This document shows, one piece after another, positions 18,967-28,161 of a DNA stretch of 64,000 nt. Numbering within the stretch: the stretch's first letter is position 1; every line of letters starts with the position of its first letter. Location: the NCBI GenBank assembly GCA_039811685.1, contig JBDHZC010000001.1, positions 640,001 through 704,000 of the forward strand. The letters are read 5' to 3'. Under the pieces are notes generated by a model, which was not told the origin of the DNA, searched no databases, and worked only from the letters and a program-made list of their open reading frames with translations. This stretch comes from Armatimonadota bacterium (GTDB lineage Bacteria; Armatimonadota; UBA5829; DSUL01). Both the position numbers and the translations under genes were made by a program.

Positions 18967-21114
18967 CTAACCGGCTGTTTCTGCCGGCGCTGAAGGACGA
19001 TCTCCTGTTGTATTCGGAAGCGCTGGCGGCCGGTTGGGAAGCCCGTCTCGCCCGTTGAGCCTCGGGTAGTAGCGCGCAGAGTAACGGTAGCTGTCCACAT
19101 CCTGAGCCTGCACCCTGTTAAGCACCGTGCCAACGAGCGTCGCTCTGGCGTTTGCAAGCTGCGTGCGAGCTCTGAAATGCGCGGATTCCAGCCTGGAACC
19201 GGCGCCAACTACAACGATCATGCTGTCCACTATCTGAGCCAGCTCCATAGCGTCACTGAAGGCCACTGCCGGCGGTGTATCTACAACCACATAGTCCGCC
19301 ATCTCACCCAGCGCGTCCAGCAGTTCTCGCATTCTGGCACTGGTGAGCAGACGCGACGGATTTTCTGGAATTGACCCGGCAGTGACGAGAAGAAGATTCT
19401 CCGTGGTCGTCGGGAAGATCGCGTCCGCCAGAGTGCATTCCCCGTTCAGGTAGTTGGACAATCCCGGTTCTTTGCGCACGCCAAAGGACTTGTGCAGGGT
19501 TGGGTTGCGCAGATCCGCATCCACCAGTACTACCTTCTTGTGACTTTCAGCCAGAGAGGAGGCAAAATTAGCCGCCGTCGTGCTCTTTCCCTCACCGGGT
19601 AGCGTGCTTGTGATGACCACGCTTCTGGCTCCGGCTTGAGCCGCCAGAGCGAGGAAGTTGGCCCGCATAATCCGATAAGGCTCCGCGAAGGCGCTACCGG
19701 GAGAGTCTCTGAGCACCAGCGTGCTGCCAGATTTCAGGGCGGCTTCTCTAAGCGTTGGGATAACACCCAGAACTGGAAGCTGATAGCGGTCTTCCATCTG
19801 GTCCACATCGCGAATGGATGTATCCATTCCTTCGATGAACAGGATTATGCCAATGCCAAGAATAATCGAGATGAAAAACGCGATGGCCATCTTGACTTTG
19901 GGCTGCTGCAGGCGATAACCCGGCGTAGGCTGAGCGACTCTGGCGTCATCCACCAGCCCGATGCCCTGTTTGTCTTCCTGCTGTTTGTTAGCGATGCGAA
20001 CGGCAAGCTGTGCCTGGTCCAGCCGGTTGCGCAGGTCCATATACGCGTTTTGCGCGGTCAGAAACTCAGTGTTGAGCTGACCGTACTGCGCTTCCAGTTC
20101 CGGGACCTGAGAAAGCTGCGCCTTTGCGCGCCCTGCCAACCGGGCGATAGCAGCCTTCTGAGCTTCTGCTGCCCTTTTCTCTGCCTGATAGCGCGAGATG
20201 TCCCCTACCAGGAACTGATACTCGATGCTCGTTGGGGCATTCTCGAGTGAAAAGGACTTCTTGTACTCCTGCTGCAGCCGGTCTTTGATGGCGTCAATCT
20301 GTTGTTGCGTTTCTTTGACTTTCGGATTCTCATCCGTGTACTTCATCTTCTGATCCATCAGAAGCACGGACTTCTCTGCAAGGGTTTTGTTCAGCGTGTC
20401 CACAACGGCGCTGGAGGGTGCGCTGGAGACGTCAATCTTTGCCTGACTGCGATGCCCGATTGTTCGCTGGAGCTGACTGACCCGGTTCTGATTCTGCTGG
20501 ACTTCCGACTCCGCGCGCGACGCCTGATCTTCCAGCTCGGAAATCATCCGCTTGGCATCGCCGTAGTCCAGCGGAACAAGCAGATCCTTGTGTTGCTCCT
20601 TGAATCCAGTCAACTTCATTTGCGCCAACTGAAGCCGCCGCTGAGCTTTGGTCAACTCGGTCTGAATGTAGTCACCCTGGTTTCGCGTACCCAGATTGGT
20701 CAAGGCGAGAGCCTGGTCTTTGGCTTCGTGCGCTACAGCGTTCGACAGCGCCATAGCCGCTTCAGGAGTTTCTCCAAGAGCGGTCACGGTAACAGTGTTG
20801 CCGCGGTTGTTGGAGCCTCCCGCAACGTCTGAGGTCAGCCGGAGCAGGACATCTCCAACGCTCATCCGATTCTCCAGGCCGAGTGTCTTCAGGACTTCGG
20901 CGGCCACGTCGTTTGCCACGGCCATCTGGGCGATGTCCTCAGCCGTAACGGAGTTCGTCTGAGCGGATACAAATATCCGCGACGTCGCCTGGTAAAAAGC
21001 CTGTGGCTTTGTCGTCTTGATGTGATAAGCCACCAGACCGCAGATGATAACTACGCTCAGAGCCAGGTAGTGCCAGCGTCTTCGAATTGCGGAGATATAG
21101 TTCTGAAAATCCAT
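18967..21114 (-). CDS. wzc: Polysaccharide co-polymerase / tyrosine autokinase (Wzc-type)
   Basis: Two TM helices flanking a coiled coil; GEGKST Walker A; VDADLR; VVVDTPP; C-terminal Tyr cluster SYRYSARYY. Confidence 0.93.
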   Translation of the reverse strand: MDFQNYISAIRRRWHYLALSVVIICGLVAYHIKTTKPQAFYQATSRIFVSAQTNSVTAEDIAQMAVANDVAAEVLKTLGLENRMSVGDVLLRLTSDVAGGSNNRGNTVTVTALGETPEAAMALSNAVAHEAKDQALALTNLGTRNQGDYIQTELTKAQRRLQLAQMKLTGFKEQHKDLLVPLDYGDAKRMISELEDQASRAESEVQQNQNRVSQLQRTIGHRSQAKIDVSSAPSSAVVDTLNKTLAEKSVLLMDQKMKYTDENPKVKETQQQIDAIKDRLQQEYKKSFSLENAPTSIEYQFLVGDISRYQAEKRAAEAQKAAIARLAGRAKAQLSQVPELEAQYGQLNTEFLTAQNAYMDLRNRLDQAQLAVRIANKQQEDKQGIGLVDDARVAQPTPGYRLQQPKVKMAIAFFISIILGIGIILFIEGMDTSIRDVDQMEDRYQLPVLGVIPTLREAALKSGSTLVLRDSPGSAFAEPYRIMRANFLALAAQAGARSVVITSTLPGEGKSTTAANFASSLAESHKKVVLVDADLRNPTLHKSFGVRKEPGLSNYLNGECTLADAIFPTTTENLLLVTAGSIPENPSRLLTSARMRELLDALGEMADYVVVDTPPAVAFSDAMELAQIVDSMIVVVGAGSRLESAHFRARTQLANARATLVGTVLNRVQAQDVDSYRYSARYYPRLNGRDGLPNRPPALPNTTGDRPSAPAETAG

Positions 21115-21132
21115 GTGGGCGCTTCCAGTCTC

Positions 21133-22266
21133 CTAAAGGAAAATCCATCCCAGCGTGCCGAGTGTCTGTATGATCGGACCCAGCGGGTTCTGCTTGTTGC
21201 TACGGACCGGCACATTGATGACGTCTCCATCCTCCACATAGATCTGCTCACTGGCCCCTTGAGCCAGCATCTTCTTCAGATCTATCGGGATGGTCTTTGA
21301 AGATCCGTCTGACTGCCTGCGTACCAGTGTGACAGCTTCTTCACGGGCGTTGGCAGCGGGGCCTCCAGCCATTCCAATTGCCTGGATAACGGTAAGTTTT
21401 TGCGTCAACGGAATCTGGCCAGGCTTGTTAACAGCTCCTGAGACGAAGTAGGAGCCGGGTTCTCCAGAGTCGGCCTCCACGACGATCGTATCGCCGGGCA
21501 TAATCACTTTGTTCTCCCCTATCGCGCCCTTCCACTTGAGGTCGGTCAGGTTGACGCTCTGAGTTGACTTCTGGTCTGAGGAGACAATTTTGGCTGTGGT
21601 CACCTTGCTTGCCTCCAGCTCCCCACCGGCAAGAGTGATCGCTTCAAGAATACGCATTCCTCTGATGAGCGGATAGGGGCCAGGCGCCTTCACCGCGCCG
21701 AGAATCGTAAAGTTACCGATCAGCTTATCCGGAACTGTGATGACGTCACCGTCTGAAATCATCACATTGTTCTCGGGATTGGTATCGGCTTTTAGCTTCT
21801 GGAGATCGACGCTGATAATGCGGCCGTCTCGCGCGATGGTGACACTCGAGAGGTCGGCCGTAGGCACGGGGCCGCCGGCAAAGGCCAGGACATCCCGGGC
21901 GCTCACGTCACCCTGTATCTCCACTCGTCCAGGGCTCTTGACAGCGCCCTCAATGCGGATAGTCGTACCCTTGATCTTTACCGGCTCCAGGTGGACATCT
22001 GGATTCTTGATATAGCGCCTGAGCGCTGTGCGCACCTCTTCCTCGGCGGCCGCCGGTGTCTTGCCACCGACCAGAACTCTGCCGTACTCCCCCGGCAACA
22101 TTACTGCGCCATCTTCCAGAACAGTGTACGTTCGGCTCAGGTCCGCCTCCCCAACGACAACAATGCCCACAATGTCACCAGGCTTGAGAGGAGTCTGTTC
22201 CGCAAACAGCGATCCACACAGCGCAACAAGAAGCGTCACAAACAACAAAGTCAATTTTGAGGACAT
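21133..22266 (-). CDS. wza: Polysaccharide export protein with SLBB repeats (Wza-like)
   Basis: LKPGD export domain and three G.V..PG SLBB repeats. GGAGG RBS before ATG 22266. Confidence 0.88.
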   Translation of the reverse strand: MSSKLTLLFVTLLVALCGSLFAEQTPLKPGDIVGIVVVGEADLSRTYTVLEDGAVMLPGEYGRVLVGGKTPAAAEEEVRTALRRYIKNPDVHLEPVKIKGTTIRIEGAVKSPGRVEIQGDVSARDVLAFAGGPVPTADLSSVTIARDGRIISVDLQKLKADTNPENNVMISDGDVITVPDKLIGNFTILGAVKAPGPYPLIRGMRILEAITLAGGELEASKVTTAKIVSSDQKSTQSVNLTDLKWKGAIGENKVIMPGDTIVVEADSGEPGSYFVSGAVNKPGQIPLTQKLTVIQAIGMAGGPAANAREEAVTLVRRQSDGSSKTIPIDLKKMLAQGASEQIYVEDGDVINVPVRSNKQNPLGPIIQTLGTLGWIFL

Positions 22267-22516
22267 GATTCCTCCCCTTGCGTATCCACGCTCATATCCA
22301 ATCATCGGTGCTGCTCAGTACCCCACTGCCCATCAAACATTGGTGATTTTGGGTTCTTACCTGTCGCCTGACGCCAGATTTCGCCACCAGATCGTACGGC
22401 ATCAGGCATCCACTCGTTATCACTGAAGCGCGGCCTCTCCCGCTGCGCCGCTGGTTACAGCTTACCAGGCCCACTCAGCTCAAGAGATTTCTTCCATATT
22501 CTGACCCCACAGCCAG

Positions 22517-22545
22517 AGTGTACTACCAGGTTTCTCGAGACACAA
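22517..22545 (-). promoter_or_regulatory. Putative promoter for the wza-wzc-GT operon
   Basis: TTGTGT-17 nt-TACACT, about 250 nt upstream of wza. Confidence 0.45.
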
Positions 22546-22548
22546 TGA

Positions 22549-23343
22549 CTAAGCGGCTGCGGTCTCTGATGCTCGCCGGGACCCAGACCAGCAGCCCGCC
22601 GCCAGCGCCAGTGGCGCAATGAGCATGGCAGCAAGCAGCGCTCGGCCAGCAAGCCCTGCCTCCCACAACTCAGTAGCTGGCATCGAGTTTTGAACAAGAT
22701 CCGCCTTCACATCCAGAATCTTCGGGTAGAAATCCTGGAGGAAGCTGACCAACTGCCCTCGGGTTAGCTCCTCAGAGCCATAAATCGGAGCTGACACCCG
22801 CACCATGCTCGATACCCCAACAGTTCTCTTCAGACGACTCATGATGGCCGTCTTGAGGTCGCCCTGCCGGCTTCCGGAAAAGTCCACAGCGGACTCCCCT
22901 GAAAGGTACCAGTAAACGACGAGGTATCCTTGTGAGTTTCTCGTCGCTTCAACCACGTTGGCATTGACAGTGCGCCCGTTAAGGTGAAGTACCTGCGTCC
23001 CTCTGTCCTCAAGCTGATATCCCTGGGACGGATAACAGACCTGGGGATCGTGAAAGCTGCGCGACCGCCTCGCGTAGTTGTACACCAGACAGAGAGTGAC
23101 CGGCGCGGAGTCGCCTCTGGTGTAGTCACGCATCAGAAAGGCCTGAGGCGCAAGCTGCTCTTCTATGGGCACGTCGCTGACGTCAACGTCATCTCCCCTC
23201 CAGTCCCTGAAGTCTGAAGGAATGATTCGCTGCGGTTCGAGCTTGTTCTGCAGCTCGGGCTCGGGCTGGACAAACAACCACGAAGCCGCAAGCACAAAAA
23301 GCGCAAGCCCGAGGATAGCGCCATGGTCTCTGAGTAGCTTCAC
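22549..23343 (-). CDS. epsI: Exosortase-associated EpsI family protein
   Basis: IPSDFRDWRG, HDPQVCYPSQG, VVYWY, MVRVSAP. Directly follows the exosortase. N- and C-terminal TM helices. Confidence 0.88.
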   Translation of the reverse strand: MKLLRDHGAILGLALFVLAASWLFVQPEPELQNKLEPQRIIPSDFRDWRGDDVDVSDVPIEEQLAPQAFLMRDYTRGDSAPVTLCLVYNYARRSRSFHDPQVCYPSQGYQLEDRGTQVLHLNGRTVNANVVEATRNSQGYLVVYWYLSGESAVDFSGSRQGDLKTAIMSRLKRTVGVSSMVRVSAPIYGSEELTRGQLVSFLQDFYPKILDVKADLVQNSMPATELWEAGLAGRALLAAMLIAPLALAAGCWSGSRRASETAAA

Positions 23344-23344
23344 G

Positions 23345-24232
23345 TCAGGCGCGCGCCTCCACGTTTGTAAACTTAACCCGCAAAACCCAGGCTTCGAACA
23401 AGAACAAAGCAAGGGCGGCGGAGTACATTATGATTCCCGACCAGTTGTGAAAGACCCCCATCGCTACGTCCGTGCCATAGAACTCTCCGAGCAATCCAAT
23501 GATCACGATGCGCAGAATATTGGCTGCGACGGCGATCGGAATGGCAGAGGCCAGCAAAACGGCCTTACGCCACCACACTCCTCTGGCCAGATAAGCCACC
23601 ACACTACCAACAAACATCAGACTGAACAGAGTGTTCAACCCGCTGCACGGCGCCTCAACAAACAGCTTGAAGTTGGGCATGGTCAAGATTGTTCCATCCC
23701 GCAATGTTTCAAGTCCGCCGAAGGTCAGCAGATGAGCTGCTGCTGCAGCGGAAACGTACTGAAAGCGTATGGTCAGACTGGACTGTATCCACGGCAAAGG
23801 CACCATAAAGACGATAAACACAAAGGGCCAGAAACAGCGGCGCATTGTGTAAGGCCCAGCGTAGTAGAGTACAAGCCCCAGCGCCAGAGGAATCAGCGAC
23901 AATCCGGAGAGAAAATGGACGTCGAGAAGCGTAGCCGCCAAATGGACAATAAGCGCGCCAGCTATCCAGTTGAGTCCTCGCCCATCGCGACGCTTCGGCA
24001 AAGCGGCCAGTTCATCGCGCTTTTCCCAGAGGAAATACCCGATAACCAGCGGCACCCAGAACCCATGGGAGTAATTGGACTCAGGTAGCATCCACGCATC
24101 TACCATCCATTTCAGCGTGGAGGCGTACACAGCCAGAAGCGCTATGCCGACGGCAACCCATCCCGGAATGGCCGAGGTGGCAGGCTCGTGAGCGGAAACC
24201 GGTGAGGTCTTAATGGTGGCTTCTACTTGCAC
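23345..24232 (-). CDS. xrt: Exosortase (EpsH family)
   Basis: YSHG; catalytic triad motifs VEAPCSG, NILRI, FHNWSG; multiple TM helices. Confidence 0.93.
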   Translation of the reverse strand: MQVEATIKTSPVSAHEPATSAIPGWVAVGIALLAVYASTLKWMVDAWMLPESNYSHGFWVPLVIGYFLWEKRDELAALPKRRDGRGLNWIAGALIVHLAATLLDVHFLSGLSLIPLALGLVLYYAGPYTMRRCFWPFVFIVFMVPLPWIQSSLTIRFQYVSAAAAAHLLTFGGLETLRDGTILTMPNFKLFVEAPCSGLNTLFSLMFVGSVVAYLARGVWWRKAVLLASAIPIAVAANILRIVIIGLLGEFYGTDVAMGVFHNWSGIIMYSAALALFLFEAWVLRVKFTNVEARA

Positions 24233-24508
24233 GTGGACAATAAACTCTCCCCAGAGAACGAGTCGAAGAAAAGTAGACAGCGCGTCAGCCGCTGGCAGCG
24301 TCTGTTAAAAGAGATACGCAGCCACATCGAGCGCCAGTTCCCTTCACGCCGGCGCCTTCTCACAGAACAAGGGGCAGACTCACCCTACGAAGGTATCCTA
24401 CCATGTCGGACAGGCCATCGTCTCATAATATATCGGCGCAGACTACGCACGCACAGGAACAGCCTCAAGGCCCCGCCGCGGGAGATAGGCGGGCGCAACA
24501 GTGGGCCG

Positions 24509-25426
24509 TCAGTAAGCGCCGTTATCGCGCTTCAGAAGCGCGGGCACGGTGACAAGGAGGATGAAGAGGTCTTTTAGTGTGCTGCGCTCTGCGATGTAGC
24601 GCATATCCAACTGTACGCGCTCTTCGTACGAGACATCATTGCGGCCGCTCACCTGCCACAACCCGGTCACCCCTGGTTTGACACTGAAGAGCCTCTCTTC
24701 AAAAGGCCAGTACTTCTCACACTCAGCCTCCACGATGGGTCTGGGACCCACAAGGGAAATGTGTCCGAGCAGCACGTTGATCAACTGAGGAAGCTCATCG
24801 AGACTGGTGCGCCTCAGGAAGTGTCCAACTCTGGTGATACGCGGATCGTTCTTGAGCTTGAAGATGCCCTCAAACTCCTTCATTAGCTCAGGGCTGCGTT
24901 TGAGAACATCATCTGCATTCACCACCATTGACCGGAATTTGACGAGCTTGAACTTCCTTCGCCCGATACCCAGACGCTCCTGGCGGAAGAATACCGGTCC
25001 CGGCGAGTCTATGTAGATGACAGCAGCCAGAGCGACAAGCGCCGGACTCAGCGCAAACAGGGCAACGGACGCTCCCACAATATCAAACCCGCGCTTCAGA
25101 CCTAGATATGCGCGCTCGCGCAAGATCGGCCACAGGCTTTCGCCGCGCGGTTCAAATATGACAAGCCCATCCACTTCGGCCTGTGCAGCCAGTTCCGCTC
25201 GAAATCTCCTGCGGGAGCGCGATCGAATATACCAGCCCAGAGAGAAGAGCCCCATGCCGGACAACGTAGCGGCAGCGGGCTCCGGAGCCTGACCCACTGG
25301 AGTTGACTGTGCGCTGTATTCAGCGGTTGGTTGAGGAGGCGCAGCAACGGTCGGCGCACCCGCAGAAATCAAGCAGGCGGCCAACAGACTCATTGCGGAA
25401 ATTATAAACTTGCTGTAGCGTCCCAA
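24509..25426 (-). CDS. Priming polyprenyl phosphoglycosyltransferase (bacterial sugar transferase) with N-terminal signal peptide and PEP-CTERM-like motif
   Basis: KRGFD, KFRSM, DPRIT, SLDELPQ, SLVGPRP, KPGVTGLWQV. N-terminal APEP-hydrophobic-RSRSRRR segment. Confidence 0.93.
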   Translation of the reverse strand: MGRYSKFIISAMSLLAACLISAGAPTVAAPPQPTAEYSAQSTPVGQAPEPAAATLSGMGLFSLGWYIRSRSRRRFRAELAAQAEVDGLVIFEPRGESLWPILRERAYLGLKRGFDIVGASVALFALSPALVALAAVIYIDSPGPVFFRQERLGIGRRKFKLVKFRSMVVNADDVLKRSPELMKEFEGIFKLKNDPRITRVGHFLRRTSLDELPQLINVLLGHISLVGPRPIVEAECEKYWPFEERLFSVKPGVTGLWQVSGRNDVSYEERVQLDMRYIAERSTLKDLFILLVTVPALLKRDNGAY

Positions 25427-25660
25427 TCTCTATGATGCTGACGAAAGACTCGCGTAGACCCTCATAACACTACCCTCAAAGCAATAGGGGACAACGACGT
25501 CACCAACACCACTAATCTGGAGACTGCGCTGGACGACGCACGCCCACAAGTCAGGCTGTGAGGGCCTGACCAGTCGCCGTTTCATCCCGACGGCCCGCAG
25601 CATCCAGGGCGGATCAATACGAACCAGAGGCGCGGCATCCACATTGACTCTGTATCATGA

Positions 25661-25669
25661 AGTATATCA
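25661..25669 (-). promoter_or_regulatory. Extended -10 element upstream of the sugar transferase
   Basis: TGATATACT (TGn-TATACT); no good -35. Confidence 0.4.
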
Positions 25670-25984
25670 TGTGGAATCGGGTACGCCGCAGCACACACCC
25701 TCGAAATCCCGTACTATTGCGTGTTTCAGACGAGGAATATGCGGTTCCCGAAAAGCCCGGATTCATCGGGCGCACCCGGCGCCAGGGCTCACGAATCCTG
25801 CTTTGGTGGAGATGCTACCCCTGCAACGCGCGGTAAGCTCCCGGCACGGAGTTCTCCAGGCGATGAATCCAAATACTTTTTACCACAAACCGGCCAAAAA
25901 CGACTGCGTCTGAGAGCAATCTGACGAAGGGTTGTAAGCTGAGCAAGCTACAGCCAGGAGCCGTAACAGCCAGGCTGACTCTCT

Positions 25985-26464
25985 CTACTCCGGCAGCTTT
26001 ATAGCCTTATTGTAGATGCCCGGGACGCTGTCTTCGATAATCTGGGCATTCACCGCTTTGGAGTAGAAGTCTGTGGGTCCTGCTGCGCCGATGATGGCGT
26101 AGGCATAGCCCTCTTCAGCCATTCCCTCCAAACAGAGAATCAGCAGAGCCAGTCCAACGCCTTTGCCGCGGTGTATCTCCATCACGCCAGTCGGGCCGAA
26201 GAAGCCCTTCCGAGTGCAATTGTACGCTGCGAATCCGACAATGCAGCCATCGAGAGTCGCTATATAGGCGCTAATTGGCTGATGCGCAAAGGCGACTGTG
26301 ACTTCATCCGCCCATCCGGTTGTGAAATGCTGCTCAACGAAGGTGCGCACAGTGCTCATTTCGTAAGGCTGAGGGCGCCGAATGGTGACTCCATGCCCCT
26401 GGACCCGTACAAGGCTCTGCGCAGAGTCAGGGAGTTGATACAAGCGGACGAGCATATCTGGCAT
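25985..26464 (-). CDS. GNAT family N-acetyltransferase
   Basis: FFGPTGV..HRGKGVG acetyl-CoA motif; GYAYAIIG; FYSK. Confidence 0.9.
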   Translation of the reverse strand: MPDMLVRLYQLPDSAQSLVRVQGHGVTIRRPQPYEMSTVRTFVEQHFTTGWADEVTVAFAHQPISAYIATLDGCIVGFAAYNCTRKGFFGPTGVMEIHRGKGVGLALLILCLEGMAEEGYAYAIIGAAGPTDFYSKAVNAQIIEDSVPGIYNKAIKLPE

Positions 26465-26540
26465 TGGCTGCGAGTTGTCTCCAGTTCTCCTTGAATAACA
26501 CTGGATTTGCCATCAATCTGGAAAATGCCTGCTTACCGCC

Positions 26541-26582
26541 AGAAAGAATGAGAGGGACGATATGGGCGATGTCGTCCCTCTC
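26541..26582 (-). terminator. Terminator-like hairpin between the TPR and GNAT genes
   Basis: Perfect 11 bp stem GAGAGGGACGA/TCGTCCCTCTC followed by ATTCTTTCT. Confidence 0.6.
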
Positions 26583-26846
26583 TGGTCCGGGACATTGCTT
26601 TTCCCGTCCCCGATGCAAGATCAGTGAGATGAGGAACTACTCTCTTTCTATTCTCGGGAAAAACGGCTCCAATCTTTTGTGGGTGCGTGGGCGCCGCAAC
26701 AACAGCCTGTGCAATCTGGAAGATAAAAGAGGGGTGAGCGCGCACTCTCAGGGTGTCTGGAGCGAAATCGGAATCCGCAATGCGGAGAAGCGCCGGTAAA
26801 TTGGCTGCTGCTTATCTCACAGGCGGCGGGCGAGATTGGAGGCGAG

Positions 26847-27701
26847 TCAGGACGTAGTGTTGCCGTACTTTTCCCGGACAGTGCGGCGGATAATCTGCAG
26901 GTTGACGCTGTCGTAGTCATCGAGAATGCCGGCGGCTCTGTAGTGAGTTATCGCGTCAGCTTCCATGCCTTCCTTCAGGTAGGCATCCGCCAGTACACAG
27001 TGATACATCGGATCAGTCGGCTTCAGATTCAGCGCGATGGACAAAACGTCGATAGCTTCACTTGCTTTGCCTGCCCTGAGCAGCGTTATTCCAAGCTGAA
27101 GTCCATAGTACGCATCGCTTGGCGCAAAGATCGTGGCAAGTTGCAGATGAGTGATCGCCTCCTCGTAACGATCCAGCTTGCGGTAGAGCTCACCCAGCCG
27201 AAAATGATAATAACTGTCTGTCTGCGCTAACCTGACTGCTGTCTGGATCTGTTCCAGTGCGTCGTTGAGCCTGCCGCATTGCCACAGCGCTTCCCCGAAC
27301 TTGAAGCGGTACAAAGCCTTGTCACCAGAGTAGGACACAGCGCGTTCGTATTCTATTGCCGCAGCCTCCCACTTTCCGTAGCGCCTGTAAAGCTCCGCAA
27401 GGCTAAAATGAGGCTCGGCTTTGCGAGGGTTCGTCCGCACGGCATGCTTGTACTGCGACAGCGCCTTCCCGTTGTTTTCGGTCAGCGCATAAGCATCGCC
27501 CAGCCGAACGCGGCGCTCCGGGTTAGCCTGATCACAGGAGACAGCACGGCGGTACTGTTTGATAGCCTCTTCCCACTCACCCTGAGCCAGATGACAGTCT
27601 GCCTGAAACTGAATCTCATCCGGTGTTGGCGCTGTTTGATTCACCTGGTCTTGCTCCGGATGTCCAGCCTGTTGAGACCTGCGGGTGTGGTTGCCTTTCA
27701 T
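26847..27701 (-). CDS. Tetratricopeptide repeat protein
   Basis: About 7 consecutive 34-aa repeats (LG..Y...G....A...Y..A....P). Start uncertain. Confidence 0.88.
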   Translation of the reverse strand: MKGNHTRRSQQAGHPEQDQVNQTAPTPDEIQFQADCHLAQGEWEEAIKQYRRAVSCDQANPERRVRLGDAYALTENNGKALSQYKHAVRTNPRKAEPHFSLAELYRRYGKWEAAAIEYERAVSYSGDKALYRFKFGEALWQCGRLNDALEQIQTAVRLAQTDSYYHFRLGELYRKLDRYEEAITHLQLATIFAPSDAYYGLQLGITLLRAGKASEAIDVLSIALNLKPTDPMYHCVLADAYLKEGMEADAITHYRAAGILDDYDSVNLQIIRRTVREKYGNTTS

Positions 27702-27702
27702 C

Positions 27703-28161
27703 TTACAGTTGCTGCTCTTGGGGTGGTGTGTCCAGTACAATCGTGACTGGCCCATCGTTCACAAGGGCGACCTCCATATGTGCCCGAAACACTCCACTCT
27801 GGGTTGTGCATCCCTCTTCCTTCAAGAAATCAATGTACGTACTGTACAATTCCTCTGCTTCCTGCGGTAGCGCCGCCTCGACAAAGCTTGGCCGGCGTCC
27901 TTTTCTGGCATCCGCCAGCAGCGTGAACTGAGATACGGCAAGAACGCTTCCGCCAGTCTCCAGAACCGACAGGTTCATTTTGCCCTGATCATCTTCGAAT
28001 ATGCGAAGGTTAGCGGTCTTTTCCGCAAGCCATTTCGCCTGCGAACGCCCATCGCCTCTTGCGACCCCCACCAGAGCTACCAATCCTGGCCCAATTGCGG
28101 CCTTCTCCTGCCCGCCCAGCGTCACACTCGCTTGGCGTACCCTCTGGAGAACCGCTCTCAA
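27703..28161 (-). CDS. dtd: D-aminoacyl-tRNA deacylase
   Basis: RAVLQRV, SQFTL, NDGPVT. Confidence 0.97.
   Translation of the reverse strand: MRAVLQRVRQASVTLGGQEKAAIGPGLVALVGVARGDGRSQAKWLAEKTANLRIFEDDQGKMNLSVLETGGSVLAVSQFTLLADARKGRRPSFVEAALPQEAEELYSTYIDFLKEEGCTTQSGVFRAHMEVALVNDGPVTIVLDTPPQEQQL

Noticed and set aside
25745..25765. AAAAGCCCGG resembling the ykkC/guanidine-I 3' motif
   Set aside because: Wrong strand for the downstream genes, and the upstream conserved blocks are absent.
26533..26799. Short ORFs in the TPR-GNAT spacer and an ops-like GGCGGTAAG
   Set aside because: No RBS or protein-like features; the ops match is imperfect and precedes GNAT, not the EPS operon.
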